From IMG/VR virus record IMGVR_UViG_3300042540_000426: a stretch of DNA of 64,000 bases; one strand, written 5' to 3'. This document shows, piece after piece, positions 46,462-53,915 of the stretch; the first letter of the stretch is position 1, and every line of letters starts with the position of its first letter. The DNA is from an uncultured virus (IMG/VR IMGVR_UViG_3300042540_000426) (lineage: Duplodnaviria; Heunggongvirae; Uroviricota; Caudoviricetes). The notes beneath the pieces are model-generated. The model was not told the origin of the DNA and did not search any database. It was given only the letters and a program-made list of their open reading frames with translations. Made by a program: the position numbers and the translations under genes.

Positions 46462-48861
46462 TTACTCCTTCGTTGGTTTTTTAGTTTCTTGTAGTTTTGC
46501 TGCCCGGTTCTTGGCATCTTCAATTACCTTGATTTGCGCATTCATACCCGCAAGGCGCTCTTTAGACTGTATTTCTTGCTCTTTTAGCCTGATCTCGTCG
46601 GCCTTAGACGCCGCGTCCATCATGAGCTTCTTCTCCTTGATCTCAGTCTCTTTGTTCTTGCGTTGCTGGTCTTGTATTTGAAGCTGTAGGACTGGGTCTT
46701 GAGCGTTCTGTGCAGCTTGTTGCTGAGCAATCATGGCTTGAGACTGCGCCAGCACTTGCGGTGCGGCTTCTGCCATCATGCGGCTAAGTTCTCTCTCCAT
46801 GTCCTCTGGCAACTCGTCTTCCTGATCTGGCAAGGCAAAGCCAAGAGCCTGCTGCATCTTGACACGGTAGGCGTAGCCAACGTGCTCGGCGATATGCGCT
46901 TGCATAGACCCTTGAATTACCGCTGCCTGTGGGTTCTGCCCAATCAGTTGCTGAACAACAGGGTCGTTCATGGCGCTGGTGTGAACCTTGATGTGAGCCT
47001 CGTGATCTTGATACGAGAAGGCTTTTAATGGCTTGCCACGCAGCGCGTTCTGGTTCTCCGAGATCGGGTCGGTTGGCTTCTGATCCTCCTCGAGCGGCAC
47101 TAGCTTGTCCGCATGCTTAATCCCCAACACCTCTAGCATTTGCCTATGCAGCACTGGCATGTTGTAAATCTGCGGAGCCATCTGTGCTAGCTGGATAACC
47201 GCTTGGTACTGTACTACTCGCTGGCTTAGGGTTGCGGCATTTGGGTCTGATACTGGTAATACTTCTACGTTACTGTAGTCAGCCTTCTTAGCGCGTGGTG
47301 TGCCTTCCTCTGGCTCGTAGGTGTACTCGTCGTCTGTGTAATCCCTGATTATTCCCGCTAGCAACTGTAGTTCTTGCTTCATCGAGTAGTGAACGCGGGC
47401 TTGTACCGCACTCATTACTTTTAGGGTTCTTTCGAGGATAGCGAGTGTGGTTCCAACCGGCGCCTGATTGGACATATCCGCTACCTTCATATCCGAGGTA
47501 GCCGCAAAGCGTCTGCCCTCTTCAACGATCTTGTCCATTAAGCCAGACAGAACCATCGACGGCTCTTTGTAGGGTAGCGGAAGGATGTTGTCTCTTATGG
47601 CACCACTACCTACATCCACGTCTCTAAACTCACCCGGGGCGATTGGCGTGTCGTCGCCTTTGATGCGCAATCCTCGGCTTTTTAGACCGCCAGGGAGATT
47701 AGATAAAGTGCCAGCATCGACAAGCTGGCGCATGATACTAGTTGCACTCTTCGCGTAACCACCAATAAGGTGAAATAGTCCAAAGCCATAAGCGCCATAA
47801 CCAGGAATATACTGGTAATGCACAAAATGGTGCCGCTTAAGTTTAAGAGGGTCATCTTCCTTCCAGTTTCTGCGAATTGCTAGGACTTGGTTTGTGCCGC
47901 GGATCATGGTTACTACATATGGCAGACCAATGCCGGTGGCGTTACCTTCTTTATCTTTATCCTCATACCCCGGCAAGTCCAAGTCTACGTGCGCTTCGTA
48001 AATTTCAAAGCGGTCGTCGTACGTTGCAGAGAAACCTGTCTCTTTGTCCTTGCGCTCTTGAATATCGCTGGTGAACTTGCTTGGTTCACCCAAATCAACA
48101 TCACGATAAAACCCTGCATTGATTAGTTTGAGTAGGTCGTTCTTGGTCTTGCGCATCACATGGGTAATGCGATGGCAAGTGTTTATCTCGCTAATCCCGT
48201 AGGGCAAGATGATGTCTTCTGCTGGAATAAACACCGATACTTGGCGCTCTAGGCTTGGGTCGTAGTAGACCTTTTTAAATGCGGAACCGGCTGACGGCAG
48301 GTTCCATAACATCTTTTCGTGCTCAGGGCGGTACTCAGGCATTTTCTCCGTGAGTTGATAGTTCATGTCTTCTTGAACACGCACTGCCGCTTCTTTTTTT
48401 TCAGTTGTTTCTTTACCTATTATTTGCGTTCTTACAGGCCCTTTGGCTGGGAACGTCTCCATGATGGTGTCTGACTGAAAGCGCACCACCGCCTCTGTAA
48501 TCATCGGATGGAACACGCCGCATGCGCCGTCCCATGGCTCTGTTCTCTCCTCGAACTTCAAGCCCAGCAACGTAATACCGTCCTTATACATCTGCTCCCA
48601 GTCTTTGCGGGAAGCCAAATCGTTACTAATATCCTCAGCCAAATCACCCGCCAAACTCTGTATGTCTCCTTCAGACATAACATCCGCAAGGTTCACATCA
48701 AAGTTTTCAGCGTCTTCGCCAGCCTCAATCTCAAGAATCTCTTCGCCCTCAACACTAACTCGTACCGCTTCTGGGTCCTCGATCTCAACCTCAATGTCCG
48801 GCTCGCCCACTAAAGCTTCCAGCCCTTTTGGCGCTTCGTACAAACTTTTCTCTATGCTCAT
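46462..48861 (-). CDS. portal protein (P22-like)
   Basis: 799 aa after terL; GSAFKKVYYD; Q-rich C-terminal barrel. Confidence 0.88.
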   Translation of the reverse strand: MSIEKSLYEAPKGLEALVGEPDIEVEIEDPEAVRVSVEGEEILEIEAGEDAENFDVNLADVMSEGDIQSLAGDLAEDISNDLASRKDWEQMYKDGITLLGLKFEERTEPWDGACGVFHPMITEAVVRFQSDTIMETFPAKGPVRTQIIGKETTEKKEAAVRVQEDMNYQLTEKMPEYRPEHEKMLWNLPSAGSAFKKVYYDPSLERQVSVFIPAEDIILPYGISEINTCHRITHVMRKTKNDLLKLINAGFYRDVDLGEPSKFTSDIQERKDKETGFSATYDDRFEIYEAHVDLDLPGYEDKDKEGNATGIGLPYVVTMIRGTNQVLAIRRNWKEDDPLKLKRHHFVHYQYIPGYGAYGFGLFHLIGGYAKSATSIMRQLVDAGTLSNLPGGLKSRGLRIKGDDTPIAPGEFRDVDVGSGAIRDNILPLPYKEPSMVLSGLMDKIVEEGRRFAATSDMKVADMSNQAPVGTTLAILERTLKVMSAVQARVHYSMKQELQLLAGIIRDYTDDEYTYEPEEGTPRAKKADYSNVEVLPVSDPNAATLSQRVVQYQAVIQLAQMAPQIYNMPVLHRQMLEVLGIKHADKLVPLEEDQKPTDPISENQNALRGKPLKAFSYQDHEAHIKVHTSAMNDPVVQQLIGQNPQAAVIQGSMQAHIAEHVGYAYRVKMQQALGFALPDQEDELPEDMERELSRMMAEAAPQVLAQSQAMIAQQQAAQNAQDPVLQLQIQDQQRKNKETEIKEKKLMMDAASKADEIRLKEQEIQSKERLAGMNAQIKVIEDAKNRAAKLQETKKPTKE

Positions 48862-48884
48862 ATCATCCGTCCTTAATTTTTAGC

Positions 48885-50438
48885 CTAGTAGTACGCAGCT
48901 TTTTTGCGGTACTTGTATAGGTATTCATCATCTTTTTCGTCGGAGTCCAACGAAATAAACCCGCCTTGTCTAAAACGCAAAAGCGCCTGAGTCGTAGTAT
49001 CAACGAAGTCGTCGTGTTCGCCAACTGGGAACGATGCTATTTCTTCAACAACTTCGCGTGCCCAGCGTGTATCTGGCGCCCACACTTTACCGGACGTAAA
49101 CAAATCAGCTACCGCATTCAAACGTACCATCTTGTCGTTGCCGCGCGACGGGGTGAACTCTTGTACCGGTATGCCCATACGCCGTAGTTCTTGAATCAAC
49201 GGGCCGCCCGCTGCTTTCTTTTCCACAATAAACGCGTCTGGCTGCCACTCTTTGTATTGTTTAAGTGCCTCTTGTTTGAGGTCTGGGAAGGCAAGGCGGT
49301 CTTTGAAAGCATCTAGCAGGATGAGGTTTGGGTTGTTCTTATCCTCGTTGTTGTACCAGATACCCCATGTCGTACATGCGCTGTAGTCAGATGTCGTTTT
49401 GGTCTCATGTGCCGTATCCCAAGACTGAATGATGTAGTCGCAAGGTGGTGGGTCGTCGTTTTCCCATACCTGCCAGTCTTTTCTAGACACAATTGCAGCC
49501 ATGTCTGACGTCGGTTTTTGCATGTACTGGGCGTTCCAGTACCGCGGGTCCATCTGTTGTTTTTTAGCTTTTAACTGATCCAGAGGCCACTGCGCAGGCC
49601 ATAAGCTTTTCTCTTCGTCGGTGCCTTCATTGAGAATTGCGGGTAGTTCTACCAACTCCCATGGCTCGCTGTCTGGATTGTTGATCCCAAAGTTAATCAA
49701 GCGCCCAGTCAAGTCCAACAAAGACCACCTAGTCATAATTACGACAATCGCACCGCCTGGCATGAGACGTTGTAGCGGTCCGGTCTGAAACCAAGACCAT
49801 GCATTATCAAACGTAGCCCTGCTGTTGACCTTTATGTCTTGTTCTGAGTGTGGGTCGTCAATAACAAATAAGTCAGCACCGCGTCCGGCGAGCGCACCAC
49901 CGACACCAACAGCGTAATACTGACCACCAGCCCCAGTAGACCATTTGCCAGCCGCTTTTTGGTCATCTGCGACCACTGTATTTGGAAATACTTCATGGTA
50001 CTCCTCTGAATCTAGTAAATTTCTTACCCGCCGACCAAAGTCCTCAGACAAACCAGCCGTATGCGTAGCCATGATAATCTTTTTGCTTGGGTCTTGACCT
50101 AGAAAAAAGGCTGGGAATAAATAAGACGAGAACTCAGACTTACCCATACGTGGCGCTATGTTGATGATTACCCTCTTCTTTTTCCCCGCGAGTACGTCTT
50201 GGAAGATTTTTGCCAGTTTTTTGTGCTGTGGGCCTACTTTAAAGCCCGGATATACGTATTGGGCAAAAGCAATCGGGTTGGTTCGCGCCATTTTTAACTC
50301 AACGCGGTCTTCTTTTTTCTCGAGGCTATGCAAAAACACCAACTTCTCTTCTCGCGTCATGTCTTTTAGCGCTTTTTGCGCCGCAAACGCTTCTTCTGGC
50401 GTTAAGACTTCTGCTTTTTCTAGGGTTGAGAGGCTCAT
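48885..50438 (-). CDS. terL: terminase large subunit
   Basis: IAPRMGKSE, VIDDPH, IMTRW, QSWDTA, HDDFVD. Confidence 0.95.
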   Translation of the reverse strand: MSLSTLEKAEVLTPEEAFAAQKALKDMTREEKLVFLHSLEKKEDRVELKMARTNPIAFAQYVYPGFKVGPQHKKLAKIFQDVLAGKKKRVIINIAPRMGKSEFSSYLFPAFFLGQDPSKKIIMATHTAGLSEDFGRRVRNLLDSEEYHEVFPNTVVADDQKAAGKWSTGAGGQYYAVGVGGALAGRGADLFVIDDPHSEQDIKVNSRATFDNAWSWFQTGPLQRLMPGGAIVVIMTRWSLLDLTGRLINFGINNPDSEPWELVELPAILNEGTDEEKSLWPAQWPLDQLKAKKQQMDPRYWNAQYMQKPTSDMAAIVSRKDWQVWENDDPPPCDYIIQSWDTAHETKTTSDYSACTTWGIWYNNEDKNNPNLILLDAFKDRLAFPDLKQEALKQYKEWQPDAFIVEKKAAGGPLIQELRRMGIPVQEFTPSRGNDKMVRLNAVADLFTSGKVWAPDTRWAREVVEEIASFPVGEHDDFVDTTTQALLRFRQGGFISLDSDEKDDEYLYKYRKKAAYY

Positions 50439-50444
50439 TTTTTA

Positions 50445-51026
50445 TTACTCGTCGTCTTTTTCTTTAAAATCCGCCTCAACCACGTCGACCGCGCCCATGT
50501 ATTTACTTAATTTATTTTTTATTTTTTCATCTAGCTCTTCGTCGCTGATTTCATCTGTCTTTACAGAAAGCCTTTCTGTAAAGAGCGCCACTTCCGTCAC
50601 CTTACCCAGCATTTCCAAGGCTTTTAGACGTATCCGGGCGTCGGGGTGGTCGGTTTCTTTTACTATTTTGGCTACCGACATACTGCGTAGCTCTTCTGCT
50701 TGCTCGATAAACTTCCACTGGTAGGCAGTAACCATACCAACTGCGCTTTTTATCTCTTCTGGGAGATCCAGTTCGAGTAGTTTTTGTTTGGCGTTGGGGT
50801 TGCCCGTGGTTAGGGCGTTGAATGTGTCGGCGACTTTCTCTTGTTTTGCCCCATCCATTATTTCATCGTCTTCCTCGGCGAGGCTTGCCAGCCACTGGCT
50901 GGTTTTTATCTGCGCGTTTAGCGTCTGTGCTGGGGTAAGGGGGTCTAGTGGGGTGAAAGCGGTATCACCAGAAATTATTTCTGGGATAAAGTCAGCGGCT
51001 GAAGCAGTGACCAAATGCTCTAACAA
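50445..51026 (-). CDS. probable terminase small subunit
   Basis: Directly upstream of terL; RLKALEMLGK; SD AAAGGAG before a TTG start. Confidence 0.6.
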   Translation of the reverse strand: MLEHLVTASAADFIPEIISGDTAFTPLDPLTPAQTLNAQIKTSQWLASLAEEDDEIMDGAKQEKVADTFNALTTGNPNAKQKLLELDLPEEIKSAVGMVTAYQWKFIEQAEELRSMSVAKIVKETDHPDARIRLKALEMLGKVTEVALFTERLSVKTDEISDEELDEKIKNKLSKYMGAVDVVEADFKEKDDE

Positions 51027-51109
51027 AAACTAACTCCTTTGGTTGCGTGTGGAACTCACGATTTTTCCGATTCTACTTTGTTTTTTAGCTGTTGTGTTAT
51101 TATTTTCTT

Positions 51110-51194
51110 ACCGTGCCTATTTCCTTCGTTTGGTGGCGCGGTTCCTTATAGGTAAGTGACTTCATACCCCGGACTAGTTCCGGGGTTTTTTTTT
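51110..51194 (+). ncRNA. candidate anti-RBS small RNA with intrinsic terminator
   Basis: TGtTATTAT at 51095-51103; hairpin presenting TTTCCTTCGTTTGGT; terminator with 9 T; complementary sites at many start regions. Confidence 0.65.
51166..51194 (+). terminator. intrinsic terminator
   Basis: ACCCCGGA-CTAGT-TCCGGGG followed by T9; no U-tract in the minus direction. Confidence 0.85.
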
Positions 51195-51317
51195 GAATAA
51201 GTGGGGTACTAGCGACAAACATATACGTAGTTGGCAGAAAGGTATGTGCGCTTCCTAGATAGCGCTTTTCACGTTCCTACGTACCGCGTTCCCCCGGTCC
51301 ACGTGAAGGACAAGATT

Positions 51318-51362
51318 AGTGTACTGCGTTTTCGTGGGTTTGCAAGTGTCAAGTATTTGACA
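51318..51362 (-). promoter_or_regulatory. possible leftward late promoter with adjacent palindrome
   Basis: Minus strand TTGCAA, 16 bp, TACACT; TGTCAAGTATTTGACA at 51347-51362. Confidence 0.4.
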
Positions 51363-51506
51363 TGACTCGGTGGATTTTTTTACAAAATTTGACAAAAATT
51401 GGTTTTGCGGCTGAGGAATAGTATACGCATACAACACGATACGGCTAACCAAAACGGCTTGGTGGGTATCGGGTGGGGTTCACGCCACGCTGAATCATGA
51501 AGTTCT

Positions 51507-51528
51507 CCACAACAGGTTGTGGTATACT
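51507..51528 (+). promoter_or_regulatory. early promoter with operator-like palindrome
   Basis: CCACAAC-AG-GTTGTGG (51507-51522) overlapping extended -10 TGgTATACT. Confidence 0.6.
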
Positions 51529-51568
51529 GTGGTTGTCGGTAAGGCTTGTAGGGCTTACTGATACAGGT

Positions 51569-51597
51569 AGCCAAAGCCGTTGTGCTTTGGCTTTTTT
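51569..51597 (+). terminator. leader terminator/attenuator
   Basis: AGCCAAAGC-CGTTGT-GCTTTGGCT-TTTTT. Confidence 0.75.
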
Positions 51598-51598
51598 A

Positions 51599-51618
51599 TT
51601 TGGGACATCTGTCCCAAA
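51599..51618. repeat. 20-bp palindrome, copy 1
   Basis: TTTGGGACA-TC-TGTCCCAAA. Confidence 0.9.
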
Positions 51619-51639
51619 CATTTCATAAGGAGTTTCAAT

Positions 51640-52044
51640 ATGTCTACACTATCTAATGCACTCATCACGCTAATCACAGCAGAGCAAGGCTGGAAGAAGG
51701 CTTTGGCTGACGCCCTTAACGGCAAGAAGTTTCTGCCTGAGAAGGCTGTTATTCAGTTAGGTGAAGCCGTTTGCAAGAAGTATGATTGTTTCGTTGACGT
51801 GGCAGAGAATGGTATGTATCGGTTCTACAAGACCGAAGAAGTAAGTAGTGCAAACATTCACGAAGCCGCAAAGAAAATGTGGCAACGCAGGGTTGCACCA
51901 TACCACAACATCACCCGTAATAATCGTGGTGGCGACACAAGTTCTCAGCAAGACGTTGTGCAATCCAAAGCCAAGGTAATCAAGTCTTGGGGCATGAGCA
52001 AGGCTCAGGTGTTGCGTGCTGTTGAGCGTGCTTTTGCCAAGTGA
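51640..52044 (+). CDS. first early protein; start moved to ATG 51640
   Basis: SD TAAGGAG; 134 aa, basic. Confidence 0.75.
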   Translation: MSTLSNALITLITAEQGWKKALADALNGKKFLPEKAVIQLGEAVCKKYDCFVDVAENGMYRFYKTEEVSSANIHEAAKKMWQRRVAPYHNITRNNRGGDTSSQQDVVQSKAKVIKSWGMSKAQVLRAVERAFAK

Positions 52045-52063
52045 TTGGGACAACTGTCCCAAA
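52044..52063. repeat. 20-bp palindrome, copy 2
   Basis: ATTGGGACA-AC-TGTCCCAAA. Confidence 0.9.
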
Positions 52064-52067
52064 CAAG

Positions 52068-52143
52068 TTTGACAGAATTCGTAGGGAAAGGCGAGAGGGC
52101 GCGGCTTCTCTGCGATTCTGTTTATTGTCAAATCCACGCCCTC
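52068..52143 (+). ncRNA. structured intergenic RNA element with pseudoknot
   Basis: UCGUAGGGAA/UUCUCUGCGA (two G-U pairs), ACAGAAU/AUUCUGU; loop GAGGGCG pairs with CGCCCUC next to the SD. Confidence 0.5.
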
Positions 52144-52156
52144 ATAGGAGTTAATC

Positions 52157-52333
52157 ATGTATGAACCATTGTTAGAACCCAAAGTTGTAAAGGTTGAACT
52201 CATGCCTGAGAGTGATGTTATTCAAGGTATGCAGACCTATGAAGTTACCTACGAAGACGGCGAGGTTCGTGGCTTTCTTGCGAACTCATGCGAACAAGCC
52301 ATTGATTTTGCGTATCGCTTTTACTTTATCTAA
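52157..52333 (+). CDS. 58-aa acidic protein (missing from track)
   Basis: SD AGGAG; MYEPLLEPKVV...AYRFYFI. Confidence 0.7.
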   Translation: MYEPLLEPKVVKVELMPESDVIQGMQTYEVTYEDGEVRGFLANSCEQAIDFAYRFYFI

Positions 52334-52342
52334 GGAGTAATC

Positions 52343-52507
52343 ATGTTATCAAACCAAAACTGTTATCTGTTATCACAAGTTGTTGTCAAGAAACCTAAGA
52401 CCAAAAAGGTTCAGCCTGTGCGACCTGTTGTAAAAACACAGCCCATGACCATGCAAGAAGCGTTTCTCAAAATCAACGCCCTTGACTACATCAAAAACAA
52501 GTTTTAA
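52343..52507 (+). CDS. 54-aa basic protein (missing from track)
   Basis: SD TAAGGAG; MLSNQNCYLL...YIKNKF. Confidence 0.7.
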   Translation: MLSNQNCYLLSQVVVKKPKTKKVQPVRPVVKTQPMTMQEAFLKINALDYIKNKF

Positions 52508-52533
52508 CTAACCAACAAACGAAAGGAATTACC

Positions 52534-52737
52534 ATGAAATTCAACCCAAACAAACACAGCGGTGGCGGTGTTGTATTCATTGATGTCTTTACCAAGAAAC
52601 CTGTAACGGATTCGTGGTGTAAAGAGTATGAGTCTGCCAAGAAGTTTTGGATACGCCACTATCACAAAGACCCTAACATAGCCATGCGCCCTGTCGCTGA
52701 TGTTAACTTCTTCTTCATGCGTCATGGTATCTTCTGA
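52534..52737 (+). CDS. hypothetical early protein
   Basis: SD AAAGGA within the CAAACGAAAGGAA motif. Confidence 0.7.
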   Translation: MKFNPNKHSGGGVVFIDVFTKKPVTDSWCKEYESAKKFWIRHYHKDPNIAMRPVADVNFFFMRHGIF

Positions 52738-52739
52738 CC

Positions 52740-52763
52740 TGTTTGGGACACTTGTCCCAAACA
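52740..52763. repeat. palindrome, copy 3 (extends to 24 bp)
   Basis: TGTTTGGGACA-CT-TGTCCCAAACA. Confidence 0.9.
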
Positions 52764-52769
52764 TATTGT

Positions 52770-53090
52770 GGAGAACGGGGTTTTGGGGGCATCTGACAAA
52801 CGTCCACCTTTTAACCCATAGCGGACACCATGTTGCCGCCCCCAACCCGTTGTGCGTTAAGGCTCCGTCCAACTTTCGGTATACTAGTATATATAAATAT
52901 ATATTCTTATCTCTCTAATAATAAGTAAGAAAAAAATGGACGGAGTTGCTTCACTTAATTTTTTTCCTTTGATAATTTTTTATTTTTGATAGACGTGTAT
53001 ACACAATTTGTATCAAACCCAATTACAATAAAGCCTACACGGCGGCTATCCATACGTCCACCTTGGGTTAAACAGTGGACATTTCATAAT
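52770..53090. other. candidate replication origin
   Basis: About 320 bp non-coding; AT-rich core; CGTCCA/TGGAC repeats in both orientations; flanking inverted repeat. Confidence 0.45.
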
Positions 53091-53104
53091 TTAGGGTGAC
53101 GGAA

Positions 53105-53683
53105 ATGCACGAACAGCACGACAAACAACAGAATAAAACCTGCACAATGTGTGGCGAAACAAAACCACGCAACGAATTCAAGCGACGCTTAACTAAGCGA
53201 CAATCAGCCGCACTACTACGCAGACCCTCAATCTCAACCGCACTCACCGTCATCTCTACTCGTTGTAAAACCTGTTGGGCGCAAACCAAAAGCCGAAAGC
53301 CACTCACCATCAAACAAATCAAGAGCAAGAAAGCGAGTGGTGATTTAAGGGGTGTGGTAGCAGACATACTACTCACGCAACGCAAACAAAACGCCAACGC
53401 AATCAAGAGCAGAGTCATGAAAGAGTATTGGGAAAAGCAAAGAACCGCACCTATCAAACAACTAGAACAAAACTTACGGCAACAAGTTGCCAAATACAAG
53501 AACAGATACCACGCAACAAAATCAAAAGACCCACATCACGCCCTGCTAGCGCAACATAAAAACAACTACGAGATGGCAAGGCGGGTAAGAGATGAGTTGT
53601 TGGCGAGAGCAAAGGCAGGTGAAGTGTTTGATGTTGATGTTTTGATTGATGTTTATTTTAAGAAAGGAGTAAGTGATGTTTGA
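53105..53683 (+). CDS. basic Zn-finger protein
   Basis: CTMCG...RCKTC; start uncertain (53096 GTG or 53105 ATG). Confidence 0.65.
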   Translation: MHEQHDKQQNKTCTMCGETKPRNEFKRRLTKRQSAALLRRPSISTALTVISTRCKTCWAQTKSRKPLTIKQIKSKKASGDLRGVVADILLTQRKQNANAIKSRVMKEYWEKQRTAPIKQLEQNLRQQVAKYKNRYHATKSKDPHHALLAQHKNNYEMARRVRDELLARAKAGEVFDVDVLIDVYFKKGVSDV

Positions 53684-53771
53684 TTGGACTGAGAAGTATG
53701 GTTGGGTATTGATTTGTTTTACTTTTATTTTCATGGCGTGTCAGTTGATACGCTTCTTTATAGGGGGGTGA
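53676..53771 (+). CDS. 31-aa membrane peptide (missing from track)
   Basis: SD AAGGAG; MFDWTEKYGWVLICFTFIFMACQLIRFFIGG. Confidence 0.55.
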   Translation: MFDWTEKYGWVLICFTFIFMACQLIRFFIGG

Positions 53772-53772
53772 T

Positions 53773-53871
53773 ATGACTGAGTTTTTTAAGCAGTGCTTTA
53801 GGTGTGGCAAACGAGGGGTTAGTCGTTGCCATGCTTGTTCGAAAGCGGAGAGAATTCTCTCCAACAAGTAG
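53773..53871 (+). CDS. 32-aa micro Zn-finger (missing from track)
   Basis: SD GGGGGTG; MTEFFKQCFRCGKRGVSRCHACSKAERILSNK. Confidence 0.5.
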   Translation: MTEFFKQCFRCGKRGVSRCHACSKAERILSNK

Positions 53872-53915
53872 CACAAACCACTTTACAAACAAACGAAGAA
53901 AGGTAGGTTAGCAGT

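Noticed and set aside
8646..50724. Many + strand and nested ORFs in the late block (e.g. 45576-46265, 50158-50724)
   Set aside because: Antisense or off-frame shadows of well-supported genes, without SDs or motifs
51142..51149. Second anti-SD segment as independent evidence of target specificity
   Set aside because: UUCCUUAU pairs with generic AUAAGGAG sites in both early and late genes, so it does not discriminate
51580..51639. TTG-started extension of the first early ORF
   Set aside because: It runs through a terminator and a palindrome; the strong SD precedes ATG 51640
51599..52763. Palindromic repeats as a CRISPR array
   Set aside because: The copies are about 445 and 700 bp apart and separated by genes, not by 30-40-nt spacers
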